The translations under genes were made by a program, and so were the position numbers. Below are positions 1 through 9,161 of a stretch of DNA of 53,703 nucleotides, one piece after another. Position 1 is the stretch's first letter. Every line of letters starts with the position of its first letter. The notes beneath the pieces are model-generated. The model did not search any database. It worked only from the letters and a program-made list of their open reading frames with translations, and had not been told where the DNA came from. This stretch comes from Candidatus Poribacteria bacterium (lineage in GTDB: Bacteria > Poribacteria > DTPJ01 > WJIO01), in assembly GCA_014730235.1 (NCBI GenBank), contig WJIO01000153.1, forward strand, positions 1-53,703, in the 5' to 3' direction.

Positions 1-1
1 T

Positions 2-595
2 GAAACGAAGCCTTCGAGCTATAGGGTCGTGCATTCCATCACCATCTTCATCTATGAACTTTTCATAGATTTTTTTTCTTTCTTCCTCTACAATCCCATA
101 TCGGTATCCCATGAGATCTTTAACATCTTTTATGTCTTTGCGCTTATATTTCAAACCGGTGATATCGTTAATTCCATCTTTATTGAAATCTACAACGTTA
201 ATATTTAATTCATCTTTTTTATCTTGTTCCAAAGGTTCTGTACCTAAATCGTTTACTCCATCACCGTCTTTATCAGTAAAAAGGTCATTTATCTTATCCT
301 TATTTTTATCGATAAATTTAAATAAATGCTTGTATTTCTCCTTTGTAACATCGTTTATTCCATCGCCATTTAAATCCTGAAATTTATCGTTTATACCGTC
401 TCTGTTTTCATCTACAAATCCTATAAACTTTGGTTTATCATTTTCCTCCTTTGATACGATTTTATTTTCTAATTTTGACCTTGCATTTTCCCCTTTTGTT
501 TCCTTTTGGGTTTCTGCAGCATAGATATTATTAAAAATGATTAATTGAGCAAAAGCCAAAACTACAATAAGTACAATTATGCGTCGCCAATACAT
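2..595 (-). CDS. Exported protein with multiple DxDxDG-type Ca-binding motifs (partial, runs off the left edge)
   Basis: Not in the ORF track; translated by hand. ATG at 595 with RBS GAGGTG. Signal peptide MYWRRIIVLIVVLAFAQLIIF, then DENRDGIND, DLNGDGIND, DKDGDGVND, DFNKDGIND, DEDGDGMHD. No stop before position 1. Confidence 0.8.
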   Translation of the reverse strand, partial: MYWRRIIVLIVVLAFAQLIIFNNIYAAETQKETKGENARSKLENKIVSKEENDKPKFIGFVDENRDGINDKFQDLNGDGINDVTKEKYKHLFKFIDKNKDKINDLFTDKDGDGVNDLGTEPLEQDKKDELNINVVDFNKDGINDITGLKYKRKDIKDVKDLMGYRYGIVEEERKKIYEKFIDEDGDGMHDPIARRLRF

Positions 596-643
596 TTGGG
601 TCACCTCACTTTGATTATCATAGAAAACTCCTGTGCATTTTAA

Positions 644-672
644 ATATTATCAGTTTGTAGTCGTAAAGTCAA
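644..672 (-). promoter_or_regulatory. Putative sigma70 promoter for the Ca-motif gene
   Basis: TTGACT-17 bp-TAATAT on the minus strand, directly after the upstream terminator. Confidence 0.5.
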
Positions 673-688
673 CAAAAAATCCAAAATA

Positions 689-726
689 CAAAAAAACACG
701 AAGAGGCACGTTGCGTGCCTCTTCGT
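689..726 (-). terminator. Intrinsic terminator
   Basis: 13-bp stem ACGAAGAGGCACG/CGTGCCTCTTCGT followed by a T run on the minus strand, just downstream of the 763..1503 stop. Confidence 0.8.
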
Positions 727-762
727 TCCAGCGAATCTGGTTCAATAATTTTAGTCATTTAC

Positions 763-1503
763 TTATGATCCGGATTTTACTCCACCCCATGTAGTAGAAG
801 GTATAGATAATTGTGGGGCAGCCGGAGCTAACAGAGCATCATCATTTGCGTCATCGTCTACATCAGAAGGGCCAAGACCCATTACCCAACCAAGACCTGC
901 TCCACCTTTTCCTCCGGTCTGGAAGATAGGATCTGCATTTTCAGGAGCTTCAACGTCGTATTCATCCAGCTTTTCCTTCACTGCATTCCGGATTTCCTGT
1001 AATGTAGCGCCATCTTCACGCATGGTCTTTACCATTTCCCTTATTTCCTCACGCTGCTCCTCTGTTAAGGGAAATTCGATGCCAAATTCCTCCATTTTTT
1101 GTACAACAGCCTCCCGGATTTCGCTTCTGGTTGCGCCGTCTTCACGCATTTCCAGAACCATCATCCGGACTTCGTCCCTCTGTTCTTTGGTAAGCAGGCT
1201 GAGGGAGTGGAGGGGAACAGTGGCTTTAATGCGTCCACGACCAATAAATAGACATGGGGTTATTTCAACACCCTCTTCTTTAAGTATCTCTGTTACAGCT
1301 TCCCGAATATCGTCTATTGTAGCGTCATCTTCCCACATTTCCTTTACCGTTTCCTGGATAAGCTCTCTCTGTTCATCGGTAAGGGATACGCACAGTCCTA
1401 CATGTCTGTTTCTGATTCTAAAACCCCGGGCGTATACCACAGAAGTTGTAAGCATAGCCAGCGAGAGAACCATAACCATTGCAATAGTAAATTTTTTAGC
1501 CAT
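763..1503 (-). CDS. Exported protein with three LTxEQR helical repeats (Spy/CpxP/ZraP-like motif) and a C-terminal TTWG motif
   Basis: Signal peptide; repeats LTDEQR, LTKEQR, LTEEQR each followed by M(R/W)EDxAT..(D/E)IR.AV; C-terminus PSTTWGGVKSGS; RBS AGGAGG. Confidence 0.75.
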   Translation of the reverse strand: MAKKFTIAMVMVLSLAMLTTSVVYARGFRIRNRHVGLCVSLTDEQRELIQETVKEMWEDDATIDDIREAVTEILKEEGVEITPCLFIGRGRIKATVPLHSLSLLTKEQRDEVRMMVLEMREDGATRSEIREAVVQKMEEFGIEFPLTEEQREEIREMVKTMREDGATLQEIRNAVKEKLDEYDVEAPENADPIFQTGGKGGAGLGWVMGLGPSDVDDDANDDALLAPAAPQLSIPSTTWGGVKSGS

Positions 1504-1634
1504 TTTGAAATTCCTCCTTGATAGTTAGTGTTTATGCTTATTAAGCGATACCCTGTATATAAGACATCAGGGGTTAAACATTGGGAGAAATTATTCCTCC
1601 CAACTTTTTATTACTTAATTTCACCATAACATAT

Positions 1635-1651
1635 TGCATTAAGTATGCCAA
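1635..1651 (-). promoter_or_regulatory. sigma54 (-24/-12) promoter
   Basis: Minus strand TTGGCATACTTAATGCA = GG-N10-GC, directly downstream of a sigma54 activator gene. Confidence 0.8.
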
Positions 1652-1679
1652 CTATAATTAATCCATATAAAACCAGTTA

Positions 1680-1692
1680 TATCAATGATTTA
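1680..1692. promoter_or_regulatory. IHF-like binding site
   Basis: TATCAATGATTTA matches WATCAANNNNTTR and lies between the sigma54 promoter and the upstream palindromes. Confidence 0.55.
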
Positions 1693-1715
1693 CAGTTACA
1701 TGGTGAAATTTAAAA

Positions 1716-1838
1716 TGAGAAAAGCCATTCGACATTTATGTCGAATGGCTTTTCTCAATATTTGCGTAGAGTTAGTATTTAAGGGCTTCTGGGAGATTTT
1801 TCGACAATTGTGCCGACTCATTCGACGAAATTGTCGAA
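1716..1838. promoter_or_regulatory. Enhancer region: three TCGAC-N6-G(T/C)CGA sites, the first inside a 42-bp inverted repeat
   Basis: CGAC-ATTTAT-GTCG (1730), CGAC-AATTGT-GCCG (1802), CGAC-GAAATT-GTCG (1823); perfect 20-bp arms at 1716-1735 and 1738-1757. Confidence 0.7.
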
Positions 1839-1847
1839 AAAGGTGAA

Positions 1848-3221
1848 TTACTTTTTCATATCATATTTTTTTAGCTTGTAACGCAAGTTTCTTTCACTAA
1901 TTCCCAGCATATCGGCGGCTTTACTTTGATTTCCGTCAGCTTTCTCCAAGGCATCGGCGATCATGTGACGCTCCATATTCTCTATGGCCTCCGGTAATGA
2001 AATTCCTGAATCCGGATCATATCCCGGTTCTTCTTCACTGGCTGATTTTCTTATGTGAATGGGCAGATCATGGGTTGTTATAAGTTGCCCTCGAGCCATT
2101 ATAACAGCCCTTTCAATGGCATTTTCCAGTTCTCTTACATTGCCGGGATAATGGTATTTAACAAGCATGTCCATAGCTTCTCTGGATACACCCTGGATAT
2201 TTTTATCATTTTCATCAGTATAACGGGATATAAAATAGCTTATCAATGATGCTATATCGCTTTTTCTCTCCCGCAGGGGTGGAATCCTTATACAGACTAC
2301 ATTCAGGCGATAAAACAGGTCTGATCTGAATTGGTTTTGTTCCATCATTTCTTCCAGGTTCCTGTTTGTGGCGGCGATTAATCGTACATCGACCTCTATT
2401 GTTTCATCGCCTCCTACGCGCTCAAATTTCCTTTCCTGAAGCACCCGCAACAGCTTGGTCTGTGTTGTCATAGGTATATCCCCTAGCTCATCAATAAAAA
2501 GGGTTCCCTCATGGGCCTTTTCAAATCGCCCTTTATGCTGTCGATCAGCGCCGGTAAAAGCCCCTTTTTCATGACCAAACAACTCACTTTCCAGAAGATT
2601 TTCACTTAAAGCAGCACAGTTGACAGCTATAAAAGGTTTATCCTTTCGAGGACTGGCGTAGTGCATAACCCTGGCAATAAGTTCCTTACCTGTACCACTT
2701 TCACCACGTATAAGGATATTGGCCTTACTGCTTGCCGCCCTTCCGACCATGTTAATAACTTCTTCCATCTCAGAGCTTCCGGAAATTATACTGCTGAAGC
2801 TGAACTTTTCTTCTAACTGTTCCCGCAGTTCACGATTTTCTGATACCAGAAGTTTCTTCTCCAAAGCCTTTCTGATGGTTATATCCAATTCATCAAGATT
2901 TTCTATAGGTTTTGTAAGATAGTCAAAAGCGCCTTCCTTCATTGCAGAAACGGCCAGTTCCTCATCACCAAAGGCAGTCATAAGTATAACAGCGATCTCC
3001 GGATTAACCTTTTTCACCTCTATTATAACATCCAGACCATTCATATCGGGCATCTTATAATCCGTTAAAACCATATCAATGGGGTGTTCCCGGATAATTT
3101 TTAAACCTTCTGTGCCTGATTCACTACCAAAAACTCTGAAACCCTGGTGTTCAAGGAAACCCGTCAAAGCTTGTAGCTGTGTAACTTCATCTTCAATAAC
3201 CAGTATACTGCCTTCACTCAT
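1848..3221 (-). CDS. sigma54-dependent response regulator (NtrC/ZraR family: REC, AAA+, Fis HTH)
   Basis: REC domain with TDYKMP, Walker A GESGTGKE, GAFTGA loop, PGNVRELEN, C-terminal HTH. Confidence 0.95.
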   Translation of the reverse strand: MSEGSILVIEDEVTQLQALTGFLEHQGFRVFGSESGTEGLKIIREHPIDMVLTDYKMPDMNGLDVIIEVKKVNPEIAVILMTAFGDEELAVSAMKEGAFDYLTKPIENLDELDITIRKALEKKLLVSENRELREQLEEKFSFSSIISGSSEMEEVINMVGRAASSKANILIRGESGTGKELIARVMHYASPRKDKPFIAVNCAALSENLLESELFGHEKGAFTGADRQHKGRFEKAHEGTLFIDELGDIPMTTQTKLLRVLQERKFERVGGDETIEVDVRLIAATNRNLEEMMEQNQFRSDLFYRLNVVCIRIPPLRERKSDIASLISYFISRYTDENDKNIQGVSREAMDMLVKYHYPGNVRELENAIERAVIMARGQLITTHDLPIHIRKSASEEEPGYDPDSGISLPEAIENMERHMIADALEKADGNQSKAADMLGISERNLRYKLKKYDMKK

Positions 3222-5256
3222 TAACCTTTGCCTCCTTAGGGATATATATTCTAAAAGTAGTGCCTTCTCCTTCTACGCTTTCCACATCTATCCGGCCCCC
3301 ATGCTCCATTACTATCCGCTGAACAACGCTGAGTCCCAGGCCTGTACCTGTGTCCTTTGTGGTAAAATACAGGTCGAATACTCTTGATAAGTCCTCCTCT
3401 GATATACCATTTCCGGTGTCTGATATTTCAATGCAGAGATTCTCTGGCCCCTGGTAAATATTGACAGAAAGATTTCCCCCGTCGGGCATGGCATCAATAC
3501 TGTTTAAAAAGAGGTTAAGCAGGACCTGCTTCATCTGTTCTCTATCAATAGACCACTTTCCCGAATAGTCATTCTCTTTTAGAGCAATCTTTATACCAGT
3601 TTCCTGAGCTTTTGTCCTTATAAGAGATAGGGTTTCTTCCATAAGTTCCTTTATATATACAGGCCGACGTTTAAGCTTTGGTGGTCTGGCGAATTTGAGA
3701 AATTCCTCTACAATCCTGTTAAGCCTTGATGACTCAGACCTGATGGTGTTTATCATCTGGTGATATTTATCCTGATCCTTTTCCGGTGTAAATTCCCGAT
3801 CCAGTCTTTGGGCGAACATGCTTATGGAATTAAGTGGATTTCTAATCTCATGGGCAACAGCCGATGTCAGCTTACCCATAGCACTCAGTTGCTCTGTACG
3901 TCGCATGTTTTCCTGCATTAATCGGGTTTCCGTAATATCCCGTATAACAGCAACTACTGACCTCGCTGGCTTTTTATCTTTATTCCTGTCCGCATCATCA
4001 AATCCAGAAACGCTTATAGACAGCAGTTTATATTGACTTGATCCTGTTTTTATTTTTATTTCTTTATTTTCCATAGAGTTATTTTCCTTTAAACTATTCA
4101 TAAATATTCGGCTTAACTCTGGATTTAGTTTTTCCGTTGATTCACCTATTATTTCTTCGGCTGTCTTTTTGAATATCAATTCGGCGGATCTGTTAAAAAC
4201 AGATATAATTCCTTCTCCATCAGCCACTATAATTCCATCGGCGGTGTTTTCCAAAACCATGCCTGTGTAAGTCTGCATCCTGTCATAAGCATTGCTGAGA
4301 AGCGAGTAATTCTGACTTATCAGAAGAAATCCCAGTAATATTACGCCAAGGACTACAGCTATGATAGCGATAATTACAAGGCGCTGCTTGCTTCGGGATT
4401 CTACAGCCCGAACTTCATCCATTGAAAGACCAATACGAAATAGTGCATAGGATTCCTGACTAAACTGAAAGGGTGTCACAACTTCCAGGACATCCACAGC
4501 ATTGAATTTATATATACGGGTATCAATCCATTTATTCTTCAGGGCATCCTCCAGAAATCTGTCGCCGGATATTTTTTTCATCTCCGTAACGTTTTTGGAT
4601 GCCAGAATAAGACCTATATTGTCCTGCAATACGATGTATTCTATACCCTCATTTTCCCCGATGTCCTGTATAAGACCGCCAATACCTATGGATCTTCTGA
4701 AATCCACCATCTCAGCAGAATCCACCAGCACAATGGCCCCGCCCCTTCTACGCTTTACAGCCACAGCATATCTATGGTCTGTGAATTCACCAGGCTCAAT
4801 GATAACTTCCTTCTCAATCCCCTGGATTACTGGATCGATATATTCAGACATAAATACAGGATCGGAAACATCCCTGCTGCCTTGTATCAATTCACCTTTT
4901 TCATCGAACACATATATACCATACAATTTATTTCTAAAAGCGGCAAAATCCATAACCCTGTCCGATAAGAGCCTCATTCTGTCCAGCCGCTCCAATACAT
5001 AGGCATCGCTGAAAAGCTTGTCAACGATAATCTCCTCTATTTTGTCAAAGCTTAATATGGAATTATAACTCATCATGGATATGGATTCAGCCAGAGATAT
5101 AGCCTCTTCTCTGAGAACCTTCATAATATCTTCCTTGCTGGCTGAAAGCTCATATAAGCCCATACCCAGCATAATTAATATAAGAATAAGAACTATAGCA
5201 AAAATATATCTGGGTTGGATTATACCTTTTCTTATTATCTGCGGTAAATTTTTCAT
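3214..5256 (-). CDS. Membrane sensor histidine kinase with periplasmic domain and PAS (ZraS/AtoS-like)
   Basis: Two TM segments, PAS, H-box AHEIRNPL, N/G boxes (DTGNG, GTGLGL); overlaps the regulator gene; start moved to ATG 5256. Confidence 0.93.
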   Translation of the reverse strand: MKNLPQIIRKGIIQPRYIFAIVLILILIMLGMGLYELSASKEDIMKVLREEAISLAESISMMSYNSILSFDKIEEIIVDKLFSDAYVLERLDRMRLLSDRVMDFAAFRNKLYGIYVFDEKGELIQGSRDVSDPVFMSEYIDPVIQGIEKEVIIEPGEFTDHRYAVAVKRRRGGAIVLVDSAEMVDFRRSIGIGGLIQDIGENEGIEYIVLQDNIGLILASKNVTEMKKISGDRFLEDALKNKWIDTRIYKFNAVDVLEVVTPFQFSQESYALFRIGLSMDEVRAVESRSKQRLVIIAIIAVVLGVILLGFLLISQNYSLLSNAYDRMQTYTGMVLENTADGIIVADGEGIISVFNRSAELIFKKTAEEIIGESTEKLNPELSRIFMNSLKENNSMENKEIKIKTGSSQYKLLSISVSGFDDADRNKDKKPARSVVAVIRDITETRLMQENMRRTEQLSAMGKLTSAVAHEIRNPLNSISMFAQRLDREFTPEKDQDKYHQMINTIRSESSRLNRIVEEFLKFARPPKLKRRPVYIKELMEETLSLIRTKAQETGIKIALKENDYSGKWSIDREQMKQVLLNLFLNSIDAMPDGGNLSVNIYQGPENLCIEISDTGNGISEEDLSRVFDLYFTTKDTGTGLGLSVVQRIVMEHGGRIDVESVEGEGTTFRIYIPKEAKVNE

Positions 5257-5382
5257 GTAAATCCTTATTTCCTGGAAAAAATATGTCACCCAATGATAAC
5301 TTCTCAACGTCTATCATCCAGAATATTTACAGGAATCATAACATGAACAACGCAAAGTTTCAAATAAAACCGAGTAAAGAAT

Positions 5383-5411
5383 TTGACTGTTATAAACTAA
5401 TATGATAAGAT
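5383..5411 (+). promoter_or_regulatory. Putative sigma70 promoter
   Basis: TTGACT-17 bp-TAAGAT upstream of 5470. Confidence 0.55.
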
Positions 5412-5469
5412 CAAATCAGAAAAAAACCTTTCTAATTTTTAAGATATTATAAATTGAGCAACCTGGGAA

Positions 5470-6186
5470 ATGGTAAAGAAAAAATATAGCGCAAAAACAA
5501 ATATAGGATTTTATGGTAAAATATTTGTATTATCTGTTATAATAATCTATTATTTTATATATCCGTCAAAGGTTATTGGAAATGATGAAGTTATAAATAT
5601 AGTTAAAAACGAAGTTATAAACGGTAAATTAGCTCCAACATTTAAAGCTAATGGTGTATTTACTAATCGGGTGGTTAAATATCTCAACAGGGGTTTTACT
5701 GTAAGAATAGACTATAAAATAGAATTGTGGCGTAAGCGAAGATTCTGGTTTGATAGTCTGGAAAGTCAAAAACGCTTGAGTTACCAAATGAATTTTGTGC
5801 CCCTGGAAAAACGTTATTTATGTGTAAAATACCAGGATGGGAAAGCCCTTGAGTCAAAACTTGATCGCCAGCAGGAGGAGATAATTAAATGGGTAACTCA
5901 GCCAGAACCGCCATTGAAATTAGTAAATACGATGGAATTAGATCAAAAATCTGGATATTATTATAACATCGAAGTTATAGTAGCGACTTTAACTACTGAA
6001 AATATAGAACATCTACAGCAGTGGCTTGATGAGTTTGATGAAGAGGAAGAAGATAAATCAACCTTTACTGAAACAACTTTGAAAGTAGCTGCTGATTTAT
6101 TATCGTCCAGGAACAGAAAAAATAAAACTTTTCGGTCTGAGATATTTCATATCTATAATCTACCGAAGTTGTATATGGATAAATAA
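5470..6186 (+). CDS. DUF4390-like exported/membrane-anchored protein
   Basis: N-terminal hydrophobic segment; L.RG.T..I.Y.IELWR.R.FWFD pattern. Confidence 0.55.
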   Translation: MVKKKYSAKTNIGFYGKIFVLSVIIIYYFIYPSKVIGNDEVINIVKNEVINGKLAPTFKANGVFTNRVVKYLNRGFTVRIDYKIELWRKRRFWFDSLESQKRLSYQMNFVPLEKRYLCVKYQDGKALESKLDRQQEEIIKWVTQPEPPLKLVNTMELDQKSGYYYNIEVIVATLTTENIEHLQQWLDEFDEEEEDKSTFTETTLKVAADLLSSRNRKNKTFRSEIFHIYNLPKLYMDK

Positions 6187-6210
6187 TAATTTGTTATCCT
6201 TGATTAATAA

Positions 6211-6373
6211 GGCTCTTCCGACTTGAGTGGGGTAAAGATAAGAAACTTCTTTATGCTGTCATTCCTGTGGAAGCAGGAATCTAGTCTTTATGCGGACTAC
6301 TGGATTCCTGCTTCCGCAGGAATGACAAGCTGAGAGCATTTTCAATTATTACCACACTAAACCCGAAAGAATC
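6211..6373. mobile_element. ISL3-like MITE carrying an inverted pair of GTCATTCC REP hairpins
   Basis: Ends GGCTCTTCCGACTTGAGTGGGG ... CCACACTAAACCCGAAAGAATC; 8-bp direct repeat ATTAATAA on both sides; internal inverted pair 6257-6285 / 6299-6327. Confidence 0.85.
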
Positions 6374-6480
6374 ATTAATAATCAGTGATCGCTGATCCGT
6401 GAATTATCAACTGTGAATTGTATTATGAGAGAAGCAAAATATTTTCCTGTAAATATTCTTCGCTAAATGGAGGTGCTGTA

Positions 6481-8667
6481 ATGTCTATTGCTGACACCCT
6501 TGATATATCCCGCAGTAAAGCATCAAAGCGGCGCGTGGCTGAAGCTGTTGATATTCTCCGATACAAAGATGTAAAGAGCGCAACTATAGAACGACTTAAA
6601 ATAACATGGGAAGCTGATGAAAGAGTTAAAGATTTACCCCAACAGCTTCAAATAGGTGAAGGGCTTTATTACCTGCTGGATAATATATCCCTGCCTGTAT
6701 CTGCTGATGATCTGATCCTGGGTCGGATTGTTGACGAAGTTCCTGATGCCGATGGTGAGACATTGCTGGTAAAGACAGCACAGGAATGGCATCGGGGTAT
6801 TCCCCTGTGGATGAAAGATGGTGGTCATGAGTGCTTTGACTGGGAAACACCACTAAAACTTGGCTTGTCTGGCATGGAGAACTTTGCCCAGAAAGAACTG
6901 GACAGGAGGGTTGAAGCTGGAGAAAAAGGAGCACATCTGGATTTCCTCCGGGGAGCAATTCGAATTTACCAGGCTTACAGAAATTTCTCACTTCGCTACG
7001 CAGAAGCCGCAGAGGAAGCTGGATTAATAGATCAATCTAAAAATTGCATGGCTAATGCAGAACATGCCCCGGAAACCTTTGCCGAAGCTTTGCAGCTTAT
7101 GTGGACAATAGGCTTTGTATACTGCGCCATGGCATCATCAAATCCTACCCTTACGTTTGGTCGTATGGATGAACTGCTCTGGGATTATTACGTTTCAGAT
7201 ATTCAGTCCGGATTGTTGACCCGTGAGAAAGCTGGTGACATGATACAGGATTTTTATTGCAAAAATAACCTTATATTGGGCAGGGGTGAACACCAGATGA
7301 GCGGTGGATCGGAAAACGATACAGGATGGCTCAGGAATCTGACTTATGATGCACCCCAATATGTGGTTATTGGTGGTCGTAAGACCGATGGTTCACTTTT
7401 GGCTAACGAACTCACAGAGATTCTCCTGGAAAGGGTTGTGCCAAGATTTGAAAATCCGGTTATGGTACTTCGATACACCAGGGATATGCCGGATCATATA
7501 TGGCGATTAGCCTGTGATAAAATGCGTACAAATTCCAGCTTTATGGTCTACAGCGATGAAAACATCATACCGGCCATGAGCCACTGTGGGATAGATGAAA
7601 AAGATGCACCTACTTATACCATGCACGGATGCAACTGGCCTGATATTCCCGGAAAACAACGACAGGTATCTGGTTATATGCCTGTAATGCCTGAAGTATT
7701 CCTACGGGCTTTCCTGGAAGGTGAAGAAGAACCTGAAAATATAGATGAACTCTATAGGCGTTTTGCCGAAGTTTTCAAGGTTGATATGGAAAATGCTGCT
7801 CAGGGGTATTTAAAATTCCGGGAATCATGGAATAGAGATGATCCCGGACATCTCAGGATAGATGACTGTTTTACTGAAGGACCTATTTCTAATGCCAAAA
7901 GCTGGCTTTTAGGAAGTATTAAATATCCAAGCATAGTATGCGCTATATGCTCTATAGCTTCTCTGGTGGACTGTTTTGCTGCTATAGATGAATTGGTATT
8001 TACCTCACAAAAAATCACTATTGCAGAATTAAGAGAAGCTATAAAGAATAACTTTGATGGCTATGAACAGATAAGACAGCTCTGCCTTAATGCTCCTAAA
8101 TTTGGTCGAGATGATGACCGGGCTGATAGGCATGCTGTTCGTCTGCTTAATGTAATAACAGAAGTGATTGATCAGGTAAGTCATCCTCAGGATGAAGACG
8201 GTTTTATAGTTTTTCGATGCCTGGAGACGGATATGCGCCATATACGCTTTGGAAAAGATACCGGGGCTACAGCCGACGGGCGTTTTGCTGGAAAACCTTT
8301 GAGCGAAAATACATCACCATATCCCGGTTCATGCACAGAGGGTATTACCGCCATGCTTCGCTCTGTGGCTAAAATGCCTTTGCATTACATTAACTCCGGC
8401 GCGTTGAATGTCCGCATGCAAACCAGCATGGTGGAAGGTGAAGAAGGGCTGGACAGAATCTCGTCTCTGTTAAGGACATACTTCGATATGGGTGGTCTGC
8501 AAGTCCAGGTTTCCGTTGCTGATACGGAAGAACTGAAGGATGCCCAGGAACACCCGGAAGAACACAGGGATCTGATGGTCAGGATAACGGGATACAGCGC
8601 AGTCTTTGTTGACATGTGCAAAAAAGCCCAGGACGAGATAATACGTCGCCAGGAAATGGGTATGTAG
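6481..8667 (+). CDS. Glycyl radical enzyme (PFL superfamily), unassigned subclass
   Basis: Gly loop DLMVRITGYS, APKFG.DD and GATADGR motifs, Cys loop MHGCNWP; RBS GGAGG before ATG 6481. Confidence 0.9.
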   Translation: MSIADTLDISRSKASKRRVAEAVDILRYKDVKSATIERLKITWEADERVKDLPQQLQIGEGLYYLLDNISLPVSADDLILGRIVDEVPDADGETLLVKTAQEWHRGIPLWMKDGGHECFDWETPLKLGLSGMENFAQKELDRRVEAGEKGAHLDFLRGAIRIYQAYRNFSLRYAEAAEEAGLIDQSKNCMANAEHAPETFAEALQLMWTIGFVYCAMASSNPTLTFGRMDELLWDYYVSDIQSGLLTREKAGDMIQDFYCKNNLILGRGEHQMSGGSENDTGWLRNLTYDAPQYVVIGGRKTDGSLLANELTEILLERVVPRFENPVMVLRYTRDMPDHIWRLACDKMRTNSSFMVYSDENIIPAMSHCGIDEKDAPTYTMHGCNWPDIPGKQRQVSGYMPVMPEVFLRAFLEGEEEPENIDELYRRFAEVFKVDMENAAQGYLKFRESWNRDDPGHLRIDDCFTEGPISNAKSWLLGSIKYPSIVCAICSIASLVDCFAAIDELVFTSQKITIAELREAIKNNFDGYEQIRQLCLNAPKFGRDDDRADRHAVRLLNVITEVIDQVSHPQDEDGFIVFRCLETDMRHIRFGKDTGATADGRFAGKPLSENTSPYPGSCTEGITAMLRSVAKMPLHYINSGALNVRMQTSMVEGEEGLDRISSLLRTYFDMGGLQVQVSVADTEELKDAQEHPEEHRDLMVRITGYSAVFVDMCKKAQDEIIRRQEMGM

Positions 8668-8672
8668 AAGTT

Positions 8673-9152
8673 ATGACTTATGGTCAGCATGTTAGGTGGG
8701 GAATATTTACATATTTTCTCGCATTTATACCCATAACTATCTGGATATCCTACTCCCAAAATTGGTCTGCAATTCGTTTGTGGGATAGATGGTGGGAGAT
8801 GGTGTTGTGCTTTATACTGTGTATAATTGGTTCTATGATGCCAGACCTGGACATTAAAAGCAAATCGAAAACTGTAGTATATTCCCTATTAATACCTATC
8901 GATCTTGTCCTGATATTATTTATGTATTATCGGGCTGCTGCTATCATAGGTTTTTTTGCTCTGATACCAAACGTTTTAAAGCATCGGGGGATGCTTCATT
9001 CTCCTGTTGCAGCCTTTCTTATACCTGCACCGCTTTTAATTATACCTATATTTCTCACTGGTAAAGTGGATTACAAACAAATTGGTGTATCATATTACGC
9101 CGCTATGGTTCTAGGTTACCTGAGTCATCTTATCACCGATAGAAAGGAATAA
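8673..9152 (+). CDS. Membrane-bound metal-dependent hydrolase (YdjM/DUF457-like)
   Basis: H near the N-terminus, PDLD, HRG..HS, GYLSH...D motifs; several TM segments; start reassigned to ATG 8673. Confidence 0.8.
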   Translation: MTYGQHVRWGIFTYFLAFIPITIWISYSQNWSAIRLWDRWWEMVLCFILCIIGSMMPDLDIKSKSKTVVYSLLIPIDLVLILFMYYRAAAIIGFFALIPNVLKHRGMLHSPVAAFLIPAPLLIIPIFLTGKVDYKQIGVSYYAAMVLGYLSHLITDRKE

Positions 9153-9161
9153 ATATATTTA

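Noticed and set aside
111-1528. Plus-strand ORFs 111..380 and 1022..1528, and the many other short antisense ORFs in the track
   Set aside because: Shadows of well-supported genes on the opposite strand; Ser/Ile-rich, with no RBS or recognisable motifs
1551-1603. Two small hairpins in the leader of 763..1503 as an ncRNA
   Set aside because: Stems are only 5-7 bp and match no family I recognise
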